From Thermoanaerobaculia bacterium (GTDB lineage Bacteria > Acidobacteriota > Thermoanaerobaculia > Multivoradales > UBA5704): a stretch of DNA of 64,000 bases. The stretch covers positions 11,748 through 75,747 of the forward strand of contig DASXXC010000248.1 in the NCBI GenBank assembly GCA_036503335.1, in the 5' to 3' direction. Under the pieces are notes generated by a model. The model ran no database searches. It was not told the DNA's origin and saw only the letters and a list, made by a program, of their open reading frames with translations. Below, one piece after another: positions 63,004-64,000 of the stretch. Numbering within the stretch: position 1 is the first letter of the stretch; every line of letters starts with the position of its first letter. The translations under genes were made by a program, and so were the position numbers.

Positions 63004-63412
63004 GGAGACTGTCCGTACCACTGGGGGAATGTTTCGTCCATACTGGGGGAATCTCTCCCCGACGGGGACCATGGTCCGGCGGAGAGGGGGGCGTCTCCCC
63101 CTTTCCGGGGAACCATTCCTGGAACGGGGAGAACGTTCCGGACGCCGGGGGGAATGTTCCAACCCAGCGGGGGAATGTTCCATCGGTTTTGGGGAATGTT
63201 CCAACCTTTGGGGTGGAACATCCGTCCGAATGGGGGAATGTTCCGTCGGCTCGGATGGAACATCCGTCGTTTTGGGGAATGTTCCGTCCCTCCGGATGGA
63301 ACATTCGTCCGATTGGGGGGAACGTTCCCCCCACAGGTCGGAACGTTCCCCCCACAGGTCGGAACGTTCCCCTTTTTGGGGGAACGGTTCCCCTCCGGCG
63401 ACGGAACATCTG
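63004..63412. repeat. ~20-unit tandem array, 21-bp period, GGAAYRTTCC palindromic core
   Basis: Cores start at 63026, 63048, 63066, 63109, 63130, 63151, 63172, 63193, 63215, 63235, 63257, 63276, 63298, 63319, 63340, 63361, 63381 and 63403. Two perfect 21-mers lie at 63319-63360. Confidence 0.85.
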
Positions 63413-63452
63413 AGACAGTGGATGTGAGTAGAATCGAGAGGCTCCTATGATC
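63410..63452 (+). repeat. direct repeat copy B (functional gene junction)
   Basis: ctgagacagtggatgtgagtagaatcgagaggctcctatgatc contains GAGAGG, the ATG at 63447, and an overlapping TGA. Confidence 0.7.
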
Positions 63453-64000
63453 TCCTCCCCCTCCCGCCCTTTGGTGGGTCCCGATCCGGCCACCATCGCC
63501 GAGGCGCTCTCGAAGCGCATCCTCGGCCAGGACGAGGCCATCCGCGAGATGGCGGTCGCCCTCTCGAAGCAGCTCGCGGGCTTGAGGGTGGGCAACATCC
63601 TGATGATCGGCTCCTCCGGCACGGGCAAGACGACGCTGATGCGCGCCGTCGAGACCTACCTCGCCTCGGACCCGGTGCTCAAGGCCCGCTCGACGGTGAT
63701 CCGCATCCACGCCAACGTGCTCGGTGAGGAGGCGGAGCGCGGGAGGCCCGGGGAGGCCGTGCTCGGCCGGCTCCTGGAGCGGGCGCGCGAGCAGCTCGGC
63801 CCCAGCGTGCCGGTCGACATCCTGCTCCGGCGGGCCGCCTCGGGGATCGTATTCGTGGACGAGGTGGACAAGATCCGCTCACACGTAGGGGGCCAGCCCA
63901 ACGTCTCGGGCATCCGCGCCCAGGAGGCCCTGCTGACCCTGATCGAGAACGAGGCCGTCCCATTCGTCCTGCCGGAGTGGGCCGGCGGCGGGGTGGCGAC
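63447..64000 (+). CDS. AAA+ ATPase, ClpX/HslU-like (3' end outside window)
   Basis: Not in the ORF track because no stop occurs before the window edge. My translation is MISSPSRPLVGPDPATIAEALSKRILGQDEAIREMAVAL..NILMIGSSGTGKTTLMRAV (Walker A)..GIVFVDEVDKI (Walker B). It is open to position 64000. Confidence 0.85.
   Translation, partial: MISSPSRPLVGPDPATIAEALSKRILGQDEAIREMAVALSKQLAGLRVGNILMIGSSGTGKTTLMRAVETYLASDPVLKARSTVIRIHANVLGEEAERGRPGEAVLGRLLERAREQLGPSVPVDILLRRAASGIVFVDEVDKIRSHVGGQPNVSGIRAQEALLTLIENEAVPFVLPEWAGGGVA

Noticed and set aside
62610-63413. ORF 62610..63413 (+, 267 aa) reading the 21-bp array as a heptad repeat (GNVPTQR GNVPSVL GNVPTFG ..), plus four other ORFs through the array
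   Set aside because: Five of the six frames are open because the GGAAYRTTCC core contains no stop codon in any frame. The ORF starts inside the antitoxin gene, has no RBS, and its repeat alternates orientation, which is not expected for coding heptads. I keep it as a remote alternative under the array finding.

Overview
A ~70% GC bacterial chromosomal segment. The GWxTD lipoprotein and overall gene content suggest an Acidobacteriota-like organism, but this is inference only. About 60 protein genes are supportable. I saw no rRNA, tRNA or CRISPR.

Main blocks:
(1) 1-9.1 kb: a CorC/HlyC-type protein and a small minus-strand glycan cluster. It has a GT4 glycosyltransferase, a fused Gfo/Idh/MocA-SDR enzyme, a sulfotransferase and a secreted GH42-like lipoprotein.
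(2) 9.1-14.4 kb: an orphan sigma54-type response regulator convergent with a 1274-aa secreted protein that ends in four FN3 domains.
(3) 15.3-17.5 kb: a textbook groESL operon with a sigma70 promoter, CIRCE operator and terminator.
(4) 17.6-19.9 kb: a SARP/BTAD-ATPase regulator.
(5) 19.9-46.0 kb: a 23-gene minus-strand polysaccharide operon led by a NusG paralog. It encodes about 13 glycosyltransferases, Wzx, a Wzy-like protein, AsnB, carbamoyltransferase, two methyltransferases, an SGNH hydrolase, an epimerase and a WecA-like priming enzyme. Eighteen consecutive gene junctions overlap or nearly abut.
(6) 46-50 kb: SprT-like, MBL-fold, Rpn-nuclease, SRPBCC and DUF1499 genes.
(7) 50.3-53.7 kb: an NRPS-accessory cassette (PLP decarboxylase, MbtH, type II thioesterase, Sfp-type PPTase) with no megasynthase in view.
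(8) 53.6-62.5 kb: housekeeping genes (M61 peptidase, aminotransferase, hbd, ferritin-like, cyclase, CBS, folE, GWxTD, KAS III).
(9) 62.5-64 kb: a Phd/YefM antitoxin, a decayed RelE/ParE-like remnant and a window-truncated AAA+ ATPase.

The least explained signal is three promoter-proximal repeat arrays at ~15.0-15.3, ~47.1-47.4 and ~63.0-63.4 kb. Their cores differ, but all keep a ~21-bp (two helical turns) register. The 63-kb array has ~20 units with a GGAAYRTTCC palindromic core and is bracketed by an imperfect duplication of the gene junction it interrupts. I cannot assign these arrays to any described element class from the sequence alone.

Many long ORFs in the supplied track are high-GC shadow frames and were rejected.
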